Positions 41,086 to 50,224 of a stretch of 64,000 bases of DNA are shown here, piece after piece. Each line of letters starts with the position of its first letter. The stretch's first letter is position 1. Both the position numbers and the translations under genes were made by a program. The notes under the pieces were generated by a model. That model did not search any database and was not told where the DNA came from. It saw only the letters and a program-made list of their open reading frames with translations. The DNA comes from a virus (Duplodnaviria > Caudoviricetes), in IMG/VR virus record IMGVR_UViG_3300005239_000039, positions 1-64,000 of that record. One strand, 5' to 3'.

Positions 41086-41351
41086 TGGCAAGATCCCTTG
41101 TCTTAGGACCACAAACAAATTGCCCAACTAGTGTTGGAGCAGCATCTAGTTTCAGTTCAGCAACTGTTGTTCGCCTTTACAACAGTAATGCAGGTGATCA
41201 GTTAATTACCATTCTTGATGAAAATTTTCAAGGTATTGGTTCTATGACTATGCCAACTGGAACTGTAGAATATGTCGAGAAAAAGCATAAGGATTTGATC
41301 CTAGCTGGATCTACTGATGTAAAAGGAACCAAAGTAGGATTCACCGCATAA
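41085..41351 (+). CDS. Hypothetical protein in the head module (88 aa)
   Basis: TAATG-coupled ORF between the gp67-like gene and gp21. Confidence 0.7.
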   Translation: MARSLVLGPQTNCPTSVGAASSFSSATVVRLYNSNAGDQLITILDENFQGIGSMTMPTGTVEYVEKKHKDLILAGSTDVKGTKVGFTA

Positions 41352-41355
41352 ACAA

Positions 41356-42006
41356 ATGAAACTTATTAGAGAAGAGATCGAACAGGTTGAAATTATCGTT
41401 GAGCAACGCAACGGTAAAAAGAATCTGTATATTGAAGGAGTTTTCCTTCAGGGTAATATGCCCAATAGAAACAAGAGAATGTATGACTGCTCTCTTCTAG
41501 AAAGAGAAGTGGGACGATACAACGAAAACTTTGTATCTAAAGGCAGAGCTCTTGGAGAATTGGGACACCCTGATGGCCCTTCTATCAATCTTGATCGAGT
41601 TTCCCATAAGATTGTTTCTCTTCAAAGAGAAGGAAATAATTTTATTGGTAAGGCAAAAATTCTTTCTACCCCAATGGGTAAAATTGCCGAATCTCTTCTA
41701 AATGATGGTGTCAAACTCGGAGTTTCTTCTCGCGGAATTGGAACACTTTCTCCTACTAAAGAAGGATATAGTTTGGTTAATGATGACTTTGCTTTAGCAA
41801 CTGCTGCTGATATTGTAGCGGATCCTTCCGCACCTGATGCTTTTGTTGACGGTATTATGGAAGGTAAAGATTGGGTTTGGGATGGAGGAATTCTCCGCGA
41901 AAAACTTGCAGAAAGAACCTACAAGCAAATTAATACTTTGGTTGATCAGAAAAAATTGGAAGAAAATAAAATTAATCTATTCCAAAATTTTCTATCAAGT
42001 TTATAA
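41356..42006 (+). CDS. gp21: Prohead core protease gp21
   Basis: YIEGVFLQG, RALGELGHP, LGVSSRG and DIVADPSAPDAFV motifs. Confidence 0.96.
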   Translation: MKLIREEIEQVEIIVEQRNGKKNLYIEGVFLQGNMPNRNKRMYDCSLLEREVGRYNENFVSKGRALGELGHPDGPSINLDRVSHKIVSLQREGNNFIGKAKILSTPMGKIAESLLNDGVKLGVSSRGIGTLSPTKEGYSLVNDDFALATAADIVADPSAPDAFVDGIMEGKDWVWDGGILREKLAERTYKQINTLVDQKKLEENKINLFQNFLSSL

Positions 42007-42008
42007 TT

Positions 42009-42016
42009 TATAAATA
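42009..42016 (+). promoter_or_regulatory. T4-type late promoter TATAAATA before gp22-gp23
   Basis: Exact consensus. Confidence 0.8.
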
Positions 42017-42061
42017 AGTATAGTCAACTTACCAATATAGATCTACTTTCGGAGAGTTTAA

Positions 42062-43021
42062 ATGTCCGCTAATTTACAAGAAATGGATAACGTCGTGAGC
42101 AAAGGCGCAGCTGCTCCAGCACCAATGGTTGCTGGTGGAGCTCAAATCGAAGATCTCGGTGGTCCTACCCCAGAGAACTATCGTCCCGACGACGATTCCG
42201 CCAAACTAAAAGACCCTGCTGCTTCTATTAATGTAGCTCCTGCACCTCAAGGTAAAGGCGCAACTAAAAAAGAAGAAGTCGAAGCAGTGGAGAATACCAT
42301 CGAAGAGGTCAACGTCGAAGAAGATGTTGCCGCTCTATTCGCTGGTGAAGAACTCTCCGAAGAGTTCCAAGAAAAAGCAAAAACTGTGTTTGAAGCTGCC
42401 CTACACATGCGTGTCGAGCAAGTCAAAGCACAAGTCGAAGAGCAATCACAAGCAGCTCTTGCAGAACAACTAGAGGGCATGAAGTCCGAACTAGTTGAAA
42501 GAGTCGATTCCTACCTTGAGTATGTTTCTCAAGAATGGATCGAAGAAAATTCACTTCAGATCGAACATGGTCTGAAGACTGAGATGACCGAATCATTCCT
42601 TGAAGGAATGAAGGGTCTTTTTGAAGATCATTATGTATCAATCCCTGAAGATAAATATGATGTTGTTGAGAATATGGTAGAAAAACTTGATGACATGGAG
42701 ACCAAGCTCAACGAGCAAATCGAGAGAAATATCCAACTGAATCGCAGACTTGGAGATACTACTGCTGAAGGAATCTTCGCATCAGTTTCTGAAGGTCTTG
42801 CTCTTACACAGAAGGAGAAACTCGCTTCTCTAGCAGAAGGTGTTGAGTTTGAGGGTGAAGAATCTTACCGTGATAAGTTAACGACTCTAAGAGAGTCATA
42901 TTTTCCGTCAGAATCTGTCGTATCCGATACTACAGAAACTCTTTCTGAGGGTGTAGGCAGTGGTCCAGATTTTTCTGGTTCAATGTCCCGCTACTTAGAA
43001 ACTCTCTCCAGAATTAAGTGA
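42062..43021 (+). CDS. gp22: Prohead core scaffold gp22
   Basis: Acidic coiled-coil protein with EEFQEKAKTVFEAA and VDSYLEYV motifs, directly before gp23. Confidence 0.94.
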   Translation: MSANLQEMDNVVSKGAAAPAPMVAGGAQIEDLGGPTPENYRPDDDSAKLKDPAASINVAPAPQGKGATKKEEVEAVENTIEEVNVEEDVAALFAGEELSEEFQEKAKTVFEAALHMRVEQVKAQVEEQSQAALAEQLEGMKSELVERVDSYLEYVSQEWIEENSLQIEHGLKTEMTESFLEGMKGLFEDHYVSIPEDKYDVVENMVEKLDDMETKLNEQIERNIQLNRRLGDTTAEGIFASVSEGLALTQKEKLASLAEGVEFEGEESYRDKLTTLRESYFPSESVVSDTTETLSEGVGSGPDFSGSMSRYLETLSRIK

Positions 43022-43071
43022 TCGTTAACATAGATCATTTATTGTAAAACCTTAAACGTAAAACTCCCAAA

Positions 43072-44493
43072 ATGTATAACAATCCCCAATTAATGGAGAA
43101 GTGGGCACCTCTCCTAGACTACGAAGGAAGTGATCCTATTAAGGACAACCATCGTAGAGCTGTAACAGCCCAACTACTTGAGAACCAAGAGCGTTTTCTA
43201 AACGAAGAGCGTGCTTTCTCTGAGGGTTATGACCTTCAAGAAGCAACCCCCACCAACTCATTCTCCACAGGTGGTGGTTCATTCTATCGTGGTTCTGGTG
43301 GTACTGACAGTGGTTCACCCACTGGTGGTTTCGATCCAGTACTAATCAGCCTCATCCGTCGCTCCATGCCCAACTTGGTCGCTTATGACCTTGCTGGCGT
43401 ACAACCAATGAACGGTCCTACTGGACTTATCTTCGCAATGCGTTCTCGCTACGAGAACATGACTGGAACCGAAGCTTTGTTCAACGAAGCAGATTCCGCA
43501 TTCTCTGCACAGAACTCTGCAGGCACTGCAACTCAGGGCGACTACACTGGTGGTACTGACGGCGCAGGTAACGTTGGTTTCGGTACAACCCTACAACGTG
43601 GTTCTAATCCTGGTGTTCTTGATCCTAATGCTGCTCCTGCAACATACGGAGTCGGTCAAGGCATGTCAGTCACCAACTCTGAAGCCCTAGGCGAGAGTGG
43701 AACTGACTTCAACCAGATGGCATTCTCAATCGAGAAAGTCACCGTAACCGCTAAGTCCAGAGCACTCAAGGCTGAGTACTCCTTGGAACTTGCACAAGAC
43801 CTTAAGGCAATTCACGGCCTTAATGCTGAAGCAGAACTTGCTAACATTCTCTCAACTGAAATCCTTGCGGAAATCAACAGAGAAGTTATCAGAACTATCT
43901 ACAAGACTGCTGAAGCTGGTGCTCAACTCAACACCGCTACCGCTGGTCAGTTTGACCTTGACATCGACAGCAATGGTCGTTGGTCCGTTGAGAAGTTCAA
44001 AGGACTCCTCTTCCAGATCGAAAGAGATGCCAACCAGATTGCACAAAGAACTCGTAGAGGAAAGGGTAACATCATCCTAACTTCTGCTGATGTTGCTTCT
44101 GCTCTAACCATGGCTGGTGTACTTGATTACACCCCTGCACTTAACGCCAACCTTAACGTTGACGACGCTGGCAACACCTTTGCTGGTACTATCAACGGTA
44201 AGTATAAGGTCTACATCGATCCTTATGCTTCAAACAATACTGCTCTTCAGTATTACGTTGTTGGTTATAAGGGTACTTCACCTTATGACGCAGGACTATT
44301 CTACTGCCCATACGTTCCTCTTCAGATGGTTCGTGCAGTTGGACAAGATACCTTCCAACCCAAAATTGGCTTTAAGACCCGCTACGGCATGGTCGCAAAC
44401 CCATTCGCACAAGGAACTGATCAAGGCGTCGGTGCTATCAGCGCCGCATCTAACCGCTACTACAGAAGAGTTTCTGTTAAGAACCTTATGTGA
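43072..44493 (+). CDS. gp23: Major capsid protein gp23
   Basis: LMEKWAPLL, LIRRSMPNL, GVQPMNGPTGLIFAMR and AGLFYCPYVPL motifs. Confidence 0.99.
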   Translation: MYNNPQLMEKWAPLLDYEGSDPIKDNHRRAVTAQLLENQERFLNEERAFSEGYDLQEATPTNSFSTGGGSFYRGSGGTDSGSPTGGFDPVLISLIRRSMPNLVAYDLAGVQPMNGPTGLIFAMRSRYENMTGTEALFNEADSAFSAQNSAGTATQGDYTGGTDGAGNVGFGTTLQRGSNPGVLDPNAAPATYGVGQGMSVTNSEALGESGTDFNQMAFSIEKVTVTAKSRALKAEYSLELAQDLKAIHGLNAEAELANILSTEILAEINREVIRTIYKTAEAGAQLNTATAGQFDLDIDSNGRWSVEKFKGLLFQIERDANQIAQRTRRGKGNIILTSADVASALTMAGVLDYTPALNANLNVDDAGNTFAGTINGKYKVYIDPYASNNTALQYYVVGYKGTSPYDAGLFYCPYVPLQMVRAVGQDTFQPKIGFKTRYGMVANPFAQGTDQGVGAISAASNRYYRRVSVKNLM

Positions 44494-44516
44494 TCCATCA
44501 GGATACACAACTCTGG

Positions 44517-44541
44517 GACCTCCTTCGGGAGGTCTTTTTTT
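44517..44541 (+). terminator. Rho-independent terminator after gp23
   Basis: GACCTCC-TTCG-GGAGGTC stem with a UUCG loop followed by T7. Confidence 0.92.
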
Positions 44542-44583
44542 ATGTCTAGGTATAAATTAGTAGGCAATAATTTTCATTGCATA

Positions 44584-44618
44584 AAGTTAGTTAAGTTAGC
44601 ATATGCTGACTATATACT
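44584..44618 (+). promoter_or_regulatory. Putative sigma70-type promoter with overlapping operator
   Basis: AAGTTAG direct repeat (44584, 44593), near-palindrome GTTAGCATATGCTGAC (44595-44610), -10-like TATACT (44613-44618). Confidence 0.45.
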
Positions 44619-44688
44619 ACAGCATTAGGAAGAAAAATATGATCTGAAAGTTCAAATATATTATGCCAGTTAAAACGGAGCTTGAAAA

Positions 44689-44862
44689 ATGCACAGTCTA
44701 CTATCCAGATCTCAATTTGATGAATGGAGACACCTCGAACAAACAGTAACTGACGTAGAAACGGAGGATCAAAAAATTAATGATTATTATGAATGTTTAA
44801 TTGAATGTGATGTTGATGGTAAACGTGAATGTAAAAGAATATGTAAGGAAATTCTTATGTGA
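44689..44862 (+). CDS. Small Cys-rich protein (57 aa; YYECLIEC...RECKRICKEILM)
   Basis: Read manually: GGAG at 44677-44680, ATG at 44689, TGA at 44860-44862; four Cys in CxxxC pairs. Confidence 0.8.
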   Translation: MHSLLSRSQFDEWRHLEQTVTDVETEDQKINDYYECLIECDVDGKRECKRICKEILM

Positions 44863-44887
44863 TATGAGACATTTAGAGTAAAGAACA

Positions 44888-44911
44888 GGGACCTCAAGGG
44901 TCCCTTTTTTT
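44888..44911 (+). terminator. Rho-independent terminator
   Basis: GGGACC-TCAAG-GGTCCC stem followed by T7. Confidence 0.88.
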
Positions 44912-44934
44912 ATCTAAATACAATTAAAACTCAT

Positions 44935-45483
44935 ATGACAGTCTCGCCATTTAGAACACAAATTCAAAATAGGAATTTTTTGACTCCAGGTGGGTTTGAG
45001 TTTTCTATTAAAAAGAATCCGAAGATAACATTTTTTTCTCAAACAGTTAATATTCCACAAATTACTCTTAACACAGTAATTCAACCAACATATTTGAAGC
45101 AGATAGATGTTCCTGGAGATCAGCTTCAATATGATGATTTTATATTATCATTCTTAGTGGATGAGAATTTTGAAAATTATATGGTAATTCACAATTGGAT
45201 GACTGGAATAGGATTTCCAAAGTCAACAAAACAGTTTGATGATTTTACAAAAAACCCCAATGGAACTGAGGATCTTGGACAACAGTTCTCTGATGGAACT
45301 CTTCTTGTTTTAAACAGCAGTTTCAGACCAAACTTTAAAGTAATGTTCAAAGATCTATTCCCCGTTAGTTTGACGGGATTGGATTTTAATACTAAACTGG
45401 AGAGTGAAGAGTTCTTTACGGCTCAAGTAACTTTCAAGTATACTCTTTACGAAGTAACCAATTTAAGTGGAACTAATTTATGA
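44935..45483 (+). CDS. gp3: Tail tube terminator / sheath stabiliser gp3
   Basis: NRNFLTP.GF.F, PGDQLQYDDF...FLVDENFENY and FKDLFPVSL motifs; CTAAATA at 44914. Confidence 0.88.
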   Translation: MTVSPFRTQIQNRNFLTPGGFEFSIKKNPKITFFSQTVNIPQITLNTVIQPTYLKQIDVPGDQLQYDDFILSFLVDENFENYMVIHNWMTGIGFPKSTKQFDDFTKNPNGTEDLGQQFSDGTLLVLNSSFRPNFKVMFKDLFPVSLTGLDFNTKLESEEFFTAQVTFKYTLYEVTNLSGTNL

Positions 45484-45908
45484 ATCTTGATGACATTCAG
45501 AATATGTGGACCCGTGATTCTGTAATAGATAAAGACGATCTAGCAAACGAATCACTAAAAACTTCACAACTTCATGCCAAATATTATGAAGTATACAATA
45601 CAATATTACTGTTAAGGGAAAGAGCTAAAGAAACATATAGTAGAATTTATCTAGAAAGACACGTTTATTATACTGGAAAGGCAGATCCCGATGTATATGA
45701 AGAAGAACCTTTCCCATATAAAGTGAGAGATAAAGAGGCGTTAAATAGATATATGAGTGCAGATAGCAAAGTAAGTCAGATTGAATTGAAAATTAGATAC
45801 TATGATACGATGCTTAAATATCTTGAGGAAATTATCAAATCTTTGTCAAATAGAAATTATGCTATCAAAAATGCAATTGATTGGATGAAATTTCAAGCAG
45901 GAATGTAA
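45480..45908 (+). CDS. uvsY: Recombination mediator UvsY
   Basis: LHAKYY...YYTGKADPDVY...RNYAIKNAIDWMKFQAG motifs. Confidence 0.92.
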   Translation: MNLDDIQNMWTRDSVIDKDDLANESLKTSQLHAKYYEVYNTILLLRERAKETYSRIYLERHVYYTGKADPDVYEEEPFPYKVRDKEALNRYMSADSKVSQIELKIRYYDTMLKYLEEIIKSLSNRNYAIKNAIDWMKFQAGM

Positions 45909-46090
45909 TGGACAATGAATACTATCAAATCGAATTAAATATTCGAGGAATTAGACTCATTCATGAAGGCCTTCGACAGGCAGTTCAAAAATGGTCTGGT
46001 GGAGATCCAGCAGAACAAATAAACTTGATTGCAATGAGAGATAATTTTTACAGACTTATTTTAGAAGATCAGTTCAATTTGGAAGACTAA
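45908..46090 (+). CDS. Hypothetical protein (60 aa)
   Basis: TAATG overlap with the uvsY stop gives a more plausible start than 45881. Confidence 0.65.
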   Translation: MDNEYYQIELNIRGIRLIHEGLRQAVQKWSGGDPAEQINLIAMRDNFYRLILEDQFNLED

Positions 46091-46116
46091 ATATTTTTAG
46101 GTGATAACTTGATTAT

Positions 46117-47580
46117 ATGTCTGAATTGATTATTTCAAAGAAGAATGAAGTATATCTCAGAATAAAAACAGAACCACACATTAGACACGAATTATCTGAT
46201 CAATTTACTTTCGATGTTGAGGGGGCAAAGTATATGCCCCAATATCGTAATAAATGGTGGGATGGAAAAATACGATTATTCAATATCCAGACAGGAGAAC
46301 TTTACATTGGTCTCTTAGATAAGTTATTGAGATTTTGTGATGATCACGGATACAAATATAAATTTGAAGAAAACAAATATTACGGCCATCCGATTGACTT
46401 GAATCAGATGATCTCCTATGAGGGGGTCAGAGACTACATGACCCACATATCTATACACAAACCTAGAGAGTATCAAATACAAGCGGTCTACGACGCTCTG
46501 AAGTGCAATAGAAGACTCATAGTATCTCCTACTGGATCTGGAAAATCTCTGATGATCTATTCCGTAGTTAGATATTATGTTGAAAAAGGAAAAGATACTT
46601 TAATCATCGTTCCAACTACATCACTTGTGGAACAAATGTATAAAGATTTTGCTGACTATGGATGGGACGTTGGATCCTATTGCCATAAAATTTATGGTGG
46701 TAGAGAAAGAGAAACTAAAAACCAAGTTATCATCACTACTTGGCAATCTATTTACAAACTTGAAAAGAAATATTTTGACAGATTTGAAGTTGTAGTCGGA
46801 GATGAGGCTCACCTATTTAAATCAAAATCCTTAGTCAGCATTATGACTAAATTATATGATGCCAAATATAGGTTTGGATTTACTGGAACTCTTGATGGTA
46901 GTCAAACTCACAAATGGATTTTAGAAGGTCTTTTCGGTCCATCATATTCAACTATCAAAACAAAAGAACTTATCAAAGAAAAACATTTATCTGATTTAGA
47001 TGTAAAAATTATTGCTCTCAAACATAAACCAAGATTATTTGATAGCTATCAAGAAGAAATTCGTTATCTATGCGAAAGTCCACAAAGAAATAGATTTATT
47101 AAAAACTTAACGTTGGTTCAGAAAGGAAATACTTTGGTGTTGTTTACCCGAGTAGAAACTCATGGTGAACCATTATTTGATATGATAAATAATTCTGTCA
47201 AAGGCAATAGAAAAGTTTTCTTTGTCTATGGCGGCGTAGAAACAGAAGATAGAGAAGAGATTCGCAGAATTACTGAGGATGAAAAGGATGCAATTATTGT
47301 TGCATCATATGGAACATTCTCTACTGGAATCAATATTAAAAATTTGCATAATGTGATATTTGCATCACCTTCAAAATCAAGAGTAAGAAATCTTCAGTCA
47401 ATTGGAAGGGTTCTTAGAAAAAGCGAAAATAAAACCAAAGCTACTCTCTTTGATATTGCAGATGATATAACTTTCAACAAGAGAAGAAACTATACTCTTA
47501 ATCACCTAGTAGAAAGAATCAAAATATATAAAGAAGAAAAATTTAATTATGAAGTTATAAACGTCGCGTTGTCTCAATGA
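46117..47580 (+). CDS. uvsW: SF2 helicase UvsW
   Basis: Walker A SPTGSGKS, DEAH, GFTGT and QSIGRVLR motifs. Confidence 0.97.
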   Translation: MSELIISKKNEVYLRIKTEPHIRHELSDQFTFDVEGAKYMPQYRNKWWDGKIRLFNIQTGELYIGLLDKLLRFCDDHGYKYKFEENKYYGHPIDLNQMISYEGVRDYMTHISIHKPREYQIQAVYDALKCNRRLIVSPTGSGKSLMIYSVVRYYVEKGKDTLIIVPTTSLVEQMYKDFADYGWDVGSYCHKIYGGRERETKNQVIITTWQSIYKLEKKYFDRFEVVVGDEAHLFKSKSLVSIMTKLYDAKYRFGFTGTLDGSQTHKWILEGLFGPSYSTIKTKELIKEKHLSDLDVKIIALKHKPRLFDSYQEEIRYLCESPQRNRFIKNLTLVQKGNTLVLFTRVETHGEPLFDMINNSVKGNRKVFFVYGGVETEDREEIRRITEDEKDAIIVASYGTFSTGINIKNLHNVIFASPSKSRVRNLQSIGRVLRKSENKTKATLFDIADDITFNKRRNYTLNHLVERIKIYKEEKFNYEVINVALSQ

Positions 47581-48041
47581 ATTCAGATCTAGAAAGAGAA
47601 TTCTATTGCACCTTAAAACTAGTCTCTGGTGAAGAAATTGTATCTCTAATAATGGTAGATGATACTGATGCCTTAGATCCTTTGATTATTTTACAAGAAC
47701 CAATAGTAATACAATACAGTACACAAGGTGCATTTTCTCAAATAAAATTAGAGCCTTGGTTAAAAACTACTGAAGAAGATATATTTTTTATTAGATTATC
47801 TAAAGTTATAACAATGACTGAGATTTATGATATAGATCTAATTAATTTGTATACAGATTTTAATGATCAAAAAAATGAGTTAAAAGAAGAAAGAGAAGAA
47901 CCAGAAGATTTAATTGACAAATCTCAAGCAGAAAAAAAGATAAGTAAGAAGATGGGATTTTTAGGATCAATCAGTGACACTAAGAAATCTCTAGAGGAAT
48001 TATTTAAAAAAGATATTAAAGATAATACTAAAGAGCTCTAA
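47577..48041 (+). CDS. Hypothetical protein with Sm-like N-terminus (154 aa)
   Basis: KLVSGEEIV motif, resembling KLIRMWSGEDV in 61052..61339; fold assignment is inference. Confidence 0.65.
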   Translation: MNSDLEREFYCTLKLVSGEEIVSLIMVDDTDALDPLIILQEPIVIQYSTQGAFSQIKLEPWLKTTEEDIFFIRLSKVITMTEIYDIDLINLYTDFNDQKNELKEEREEPEDLIDKSQAEKKISKKMGFLGSISDTKKSLEELFKKDIKDNTKEL

Positions 48042-48066
48042 TGACTTTTCATCCTGGACAAGCCAG

Positions 48067-48095
48067 ATTGTACATGATTTTGGGACCTTTGTCAA
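48067..48095 (-). promoter_or_regulatory. Divergent (antisense) sigma70 promoter
   Basis: On the minus strand: TTGACA (48095-48090), 17-nt spacer, TACAAT (48072-48067). Confidence 0.6.
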
Positions 48096-48097
48096 GT

Positions 48098-48126
48098 TTG
48101 ACAAGTCATGTCATATATGATATAAT
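48098..48126 (+). promoter_or_regulatory. Consensus sigma70 promoter for gp55
   Basis: TTGACA (48098-48103), 17-nt spacer, TATAAT (48121-48126). Confidence 0.92.
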
Positions 48127-48150
48127 CTTATCAAGCATCACTCATAGATA

Positions 48151-48657
48151 ATGGTAAAGAAAAAACCAGAACATTATGTAAATAATAAAGAGTTTTTGTT
48201 TGAAATAAACAAATATAAAACTTTCCTTAAAAATGCTGAAAGTGAAGGTAAAACAAAATCAGATCTTTTAAAAGAGTCTAGAGAATTTAGAAAGACTCAT
48301 GAATATCTAGGAACCTGTTTTAAAAAGATTGGTGATCATTTATCACATAAACCAAACTTTGTCAACTACATGTTTAAAGAAGACATGATTTCTGATGGTT
48401 TAGAAAACTGTATTGAATACGTTACTAATTTTGATCCAGCTAAGTCAAGTAATCCATTTGCATACTTTACTCAAATTATCTACTTTGCATTTTTGAGAAG
48501 AATTGGTAAAGAGAAAAAACAATTAGAAATTAAAAATCGTATTATAGAAAAATCTGGGTTTGCTGAGGTCATGTCAGTAGATGATAGTTTTCTTTCTCGC
48601 ACAAGTTCTGACTATAATACAATCAAGGAAAACATTCAAACAAAAATGAGCCGATGA
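48151..48657 (+). CDS. gp55: Late transcription sigma factor gp55
   Basis: HYVNNKEFL, HKPNFVNY..KEDMISDGLENC and NPFAYFTQIIYFAFLRRI motifs. Confidence 0.96.
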   Translation: MVKKKPEHYVNNKEFLFEINKYKTFLKNAESEGKTKSDLLKESREFRKTHEYLGTCFKKIGDHLSHKPNFVNYMFKEDMISDGLENCIEYVTNFDPAKSSNPFAYFTQIIYFAFLRRIGKEKKQLEIKNRIIEKSGFAEVMSVDDSFLSRTSSDYNTIKENIQTKMSR

Positions 48658-48914
48658 CTCACGAAGAAATGCTGGATGAAGCGCAACGTCGCGAAGAAAA
48701 CAACTACGAATGGATTGATGATTGTTTTCGTGTATGGGAAACCAGATACGGTATGTGGTCATCAGAAACAAAAGAAGGCAGAAAGATGCTAACAGGTATG
48801 CATAAAGATAATGTTATTATAATGACAAGATGGCACCTAAAGTGTGAGCAAGAAGGATGGCCAGAAGGTAGTGTTCGTGTTGTGAATTCTGCCGTCATGG
48901 GAGTCAAACTTTGA
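48654..48914 (+). CDS. Hypothetical protein (86 aa)
   Basis: ATGA/TTGA coupling on both sides. Confidence 0.7.
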   Translation: MTHEEMLDEAQRREENNYEWIDDCFRVWETRYGMWSSETKEGRKMLTGMHKDNVIIMTRWHLKCEQEGWPEGSVRVVNSAVMGVKL

Positions 48915-49960
48915 AAGTTGCAGTTATTACGGATCAGCATTTTGGCGCACGAAAAGGAAACCAAAATCTTCATGAGTATTTTAAAAAATTCTATGACACC
49001 GTTTTCTTCCCAACCCTCAAAAAAGAAGGCATCGATACTATTATCGATATGGGTGATACTTTTGACACTCGTAAAGGGATTGATTTCTGGTCTCTTAATT
49101 GGGCTAAAGAGAACTATTACAATATCCTTAGGGATATGGGTGTCACTGTACATACAATTGTTGGAAATCATACAGCATATTACAAAGACACTAACGACAT
49201 TAATTCTGTTGACCTACTATTGCGAGAGTATGATAACGTTGTTGTTTATGGAAGTCCTACCGAAGTTAAAATTGGTGGTCTAGATATGTTCTTCATTCCA
49301 TGGATTAACGAAGAAAATCGTGAAGAAACCATGGGAATGATAAATTCAACAAAATCAAAAATTGCTTTTGGTCATCTTGAGATGAGAGGATTTTTTGCAA
49401 ATAAAACTTATATTTGTGAACATGGCGAAGATAAAACAAACTATAAGAAGTTTGAAAAAGTTTTTTCTGGACACTATCATCATAGAAATTTTCAAGATAA
49501 TATCTACTACCTTGGAAATCCATATGAAATTTATTGGCATGATGTAGAAGAAACTAGAGGATGTCACATTTTTGATACCGAAACTTTAGAGCATACTCCA
49601 GTAAATAATCCACATAGATTATTTCATATTATTTCATATGAAGATACTCCACATCAAACCTTTAATGCAGAACCATATAAAGATAAAATTGTTAAAGTTG
49701 TAGTTAATAAAAAAACTAACGGATCTAAGTTTGAAAGATTTATTGATAAACTTTATCAAGCTGGAGTGAATGACTTGAAGATTATTGAAAATTTTGATTT
49801 TAATGGTTTTTATCAAAGTGATGAATTTACAACTGATGAGTCAGAAAATACACTCTCTATTTTGAATAGATATGTTGATGAATCTGAATGTAGTTTAAAT
49901 ACTTCAAAGGTAAAATCAATTCTAGAAAAAGTTTACGCTTCAGCTTGCGAGGTTGATTAA
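48911..49960 (+). CDS. gp47: Recombination endonuclease gp47 (Mre11-like)
   Basis: ITDQHFG, MGDTFD, IVGNH and FSGHYH phosphoesterase motifs. Confidence 0.96.
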   Translation: MKVAVITDQHFGARKGNQNLHEYFKKFYDTVFFPTLKKEGIDTIIDMGDTFDTRKGIDFWSLNWAKENYYNILRDMGVTVHTIVGNHTAYYKDTNDINSVDLLLREYDNVVVYGSPTEVKIGGLDMFFIPWINEENREETMGMINSTKSKIAFGHLEMRGFFANKTYICEHGEDKTNYKKFEKVFSGHYHHRNFQDNIYYLGNPYEIYWHDVEETRGCHIFDTETLEHTPVNNPHRLFHIISYEDTPHQTFNAEPYKDKIVKVVVNKKTNGSKFERFIDKLYQAGVNDLKIIENFDFNGFYQSDEFTTDESENTLSILNRYVDESECSLNTSKVKSILEKVYASACEVD

Positions 49961-50223
49961 TGTATATGCTTATTCATAAAAAAAGAAAAATGGAAGGTGC
50001 TTATGCAGTCTATAATAAAAAGCGTGAGAAAATTTTATTTTTCTTTGAAGAAGCAGATGATGCCGAAAGATATGCTATGATGTTGGAAACTCAGGATGAG
50101 GAAACTGGTTCAGTAGAAGCAGTAGAAGTTGATTCTGAACTTGCCATTAAAACTTGTGTGTTAAAAGGAGTAAATTATATAATTATTACACCCGATGATT
50201 TTGTTGTTCCACCAGTAAAATAG
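49960..50223 (+). CDS. Small protein resembling cyanobacterial DUF3110 family
   Basis: EG.YAV...ILFFFEEADDAERYAMMLETQD pattern recalled for DUF3110; not searched. Confidence 0.55.
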   Translation: MYMLIHKKRKMEGAYAVYNKKREKILFFFEEADDAERYAMMLETQDEETGSVEAVEVDSELAIKTCVLKGVNYIIITPDDFVVPPVK

Positions 50224-50224
50224 T

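Noticed and set aside
44584-44610. NtcA, Pho or HLR1 box
   Set aside because: No GTA-N8-TAC, and the 9-bp repeat period does not fit the Pho or HLR1 spacing; kept only as an unassigned operator.
34178-47580. Inteins or introns in gp17, gp20, gp23 or uvsW
   Set aside because: Lengths are ordinary, motifs are contiguous, and no homing endonuclease or splice motifs were seen.
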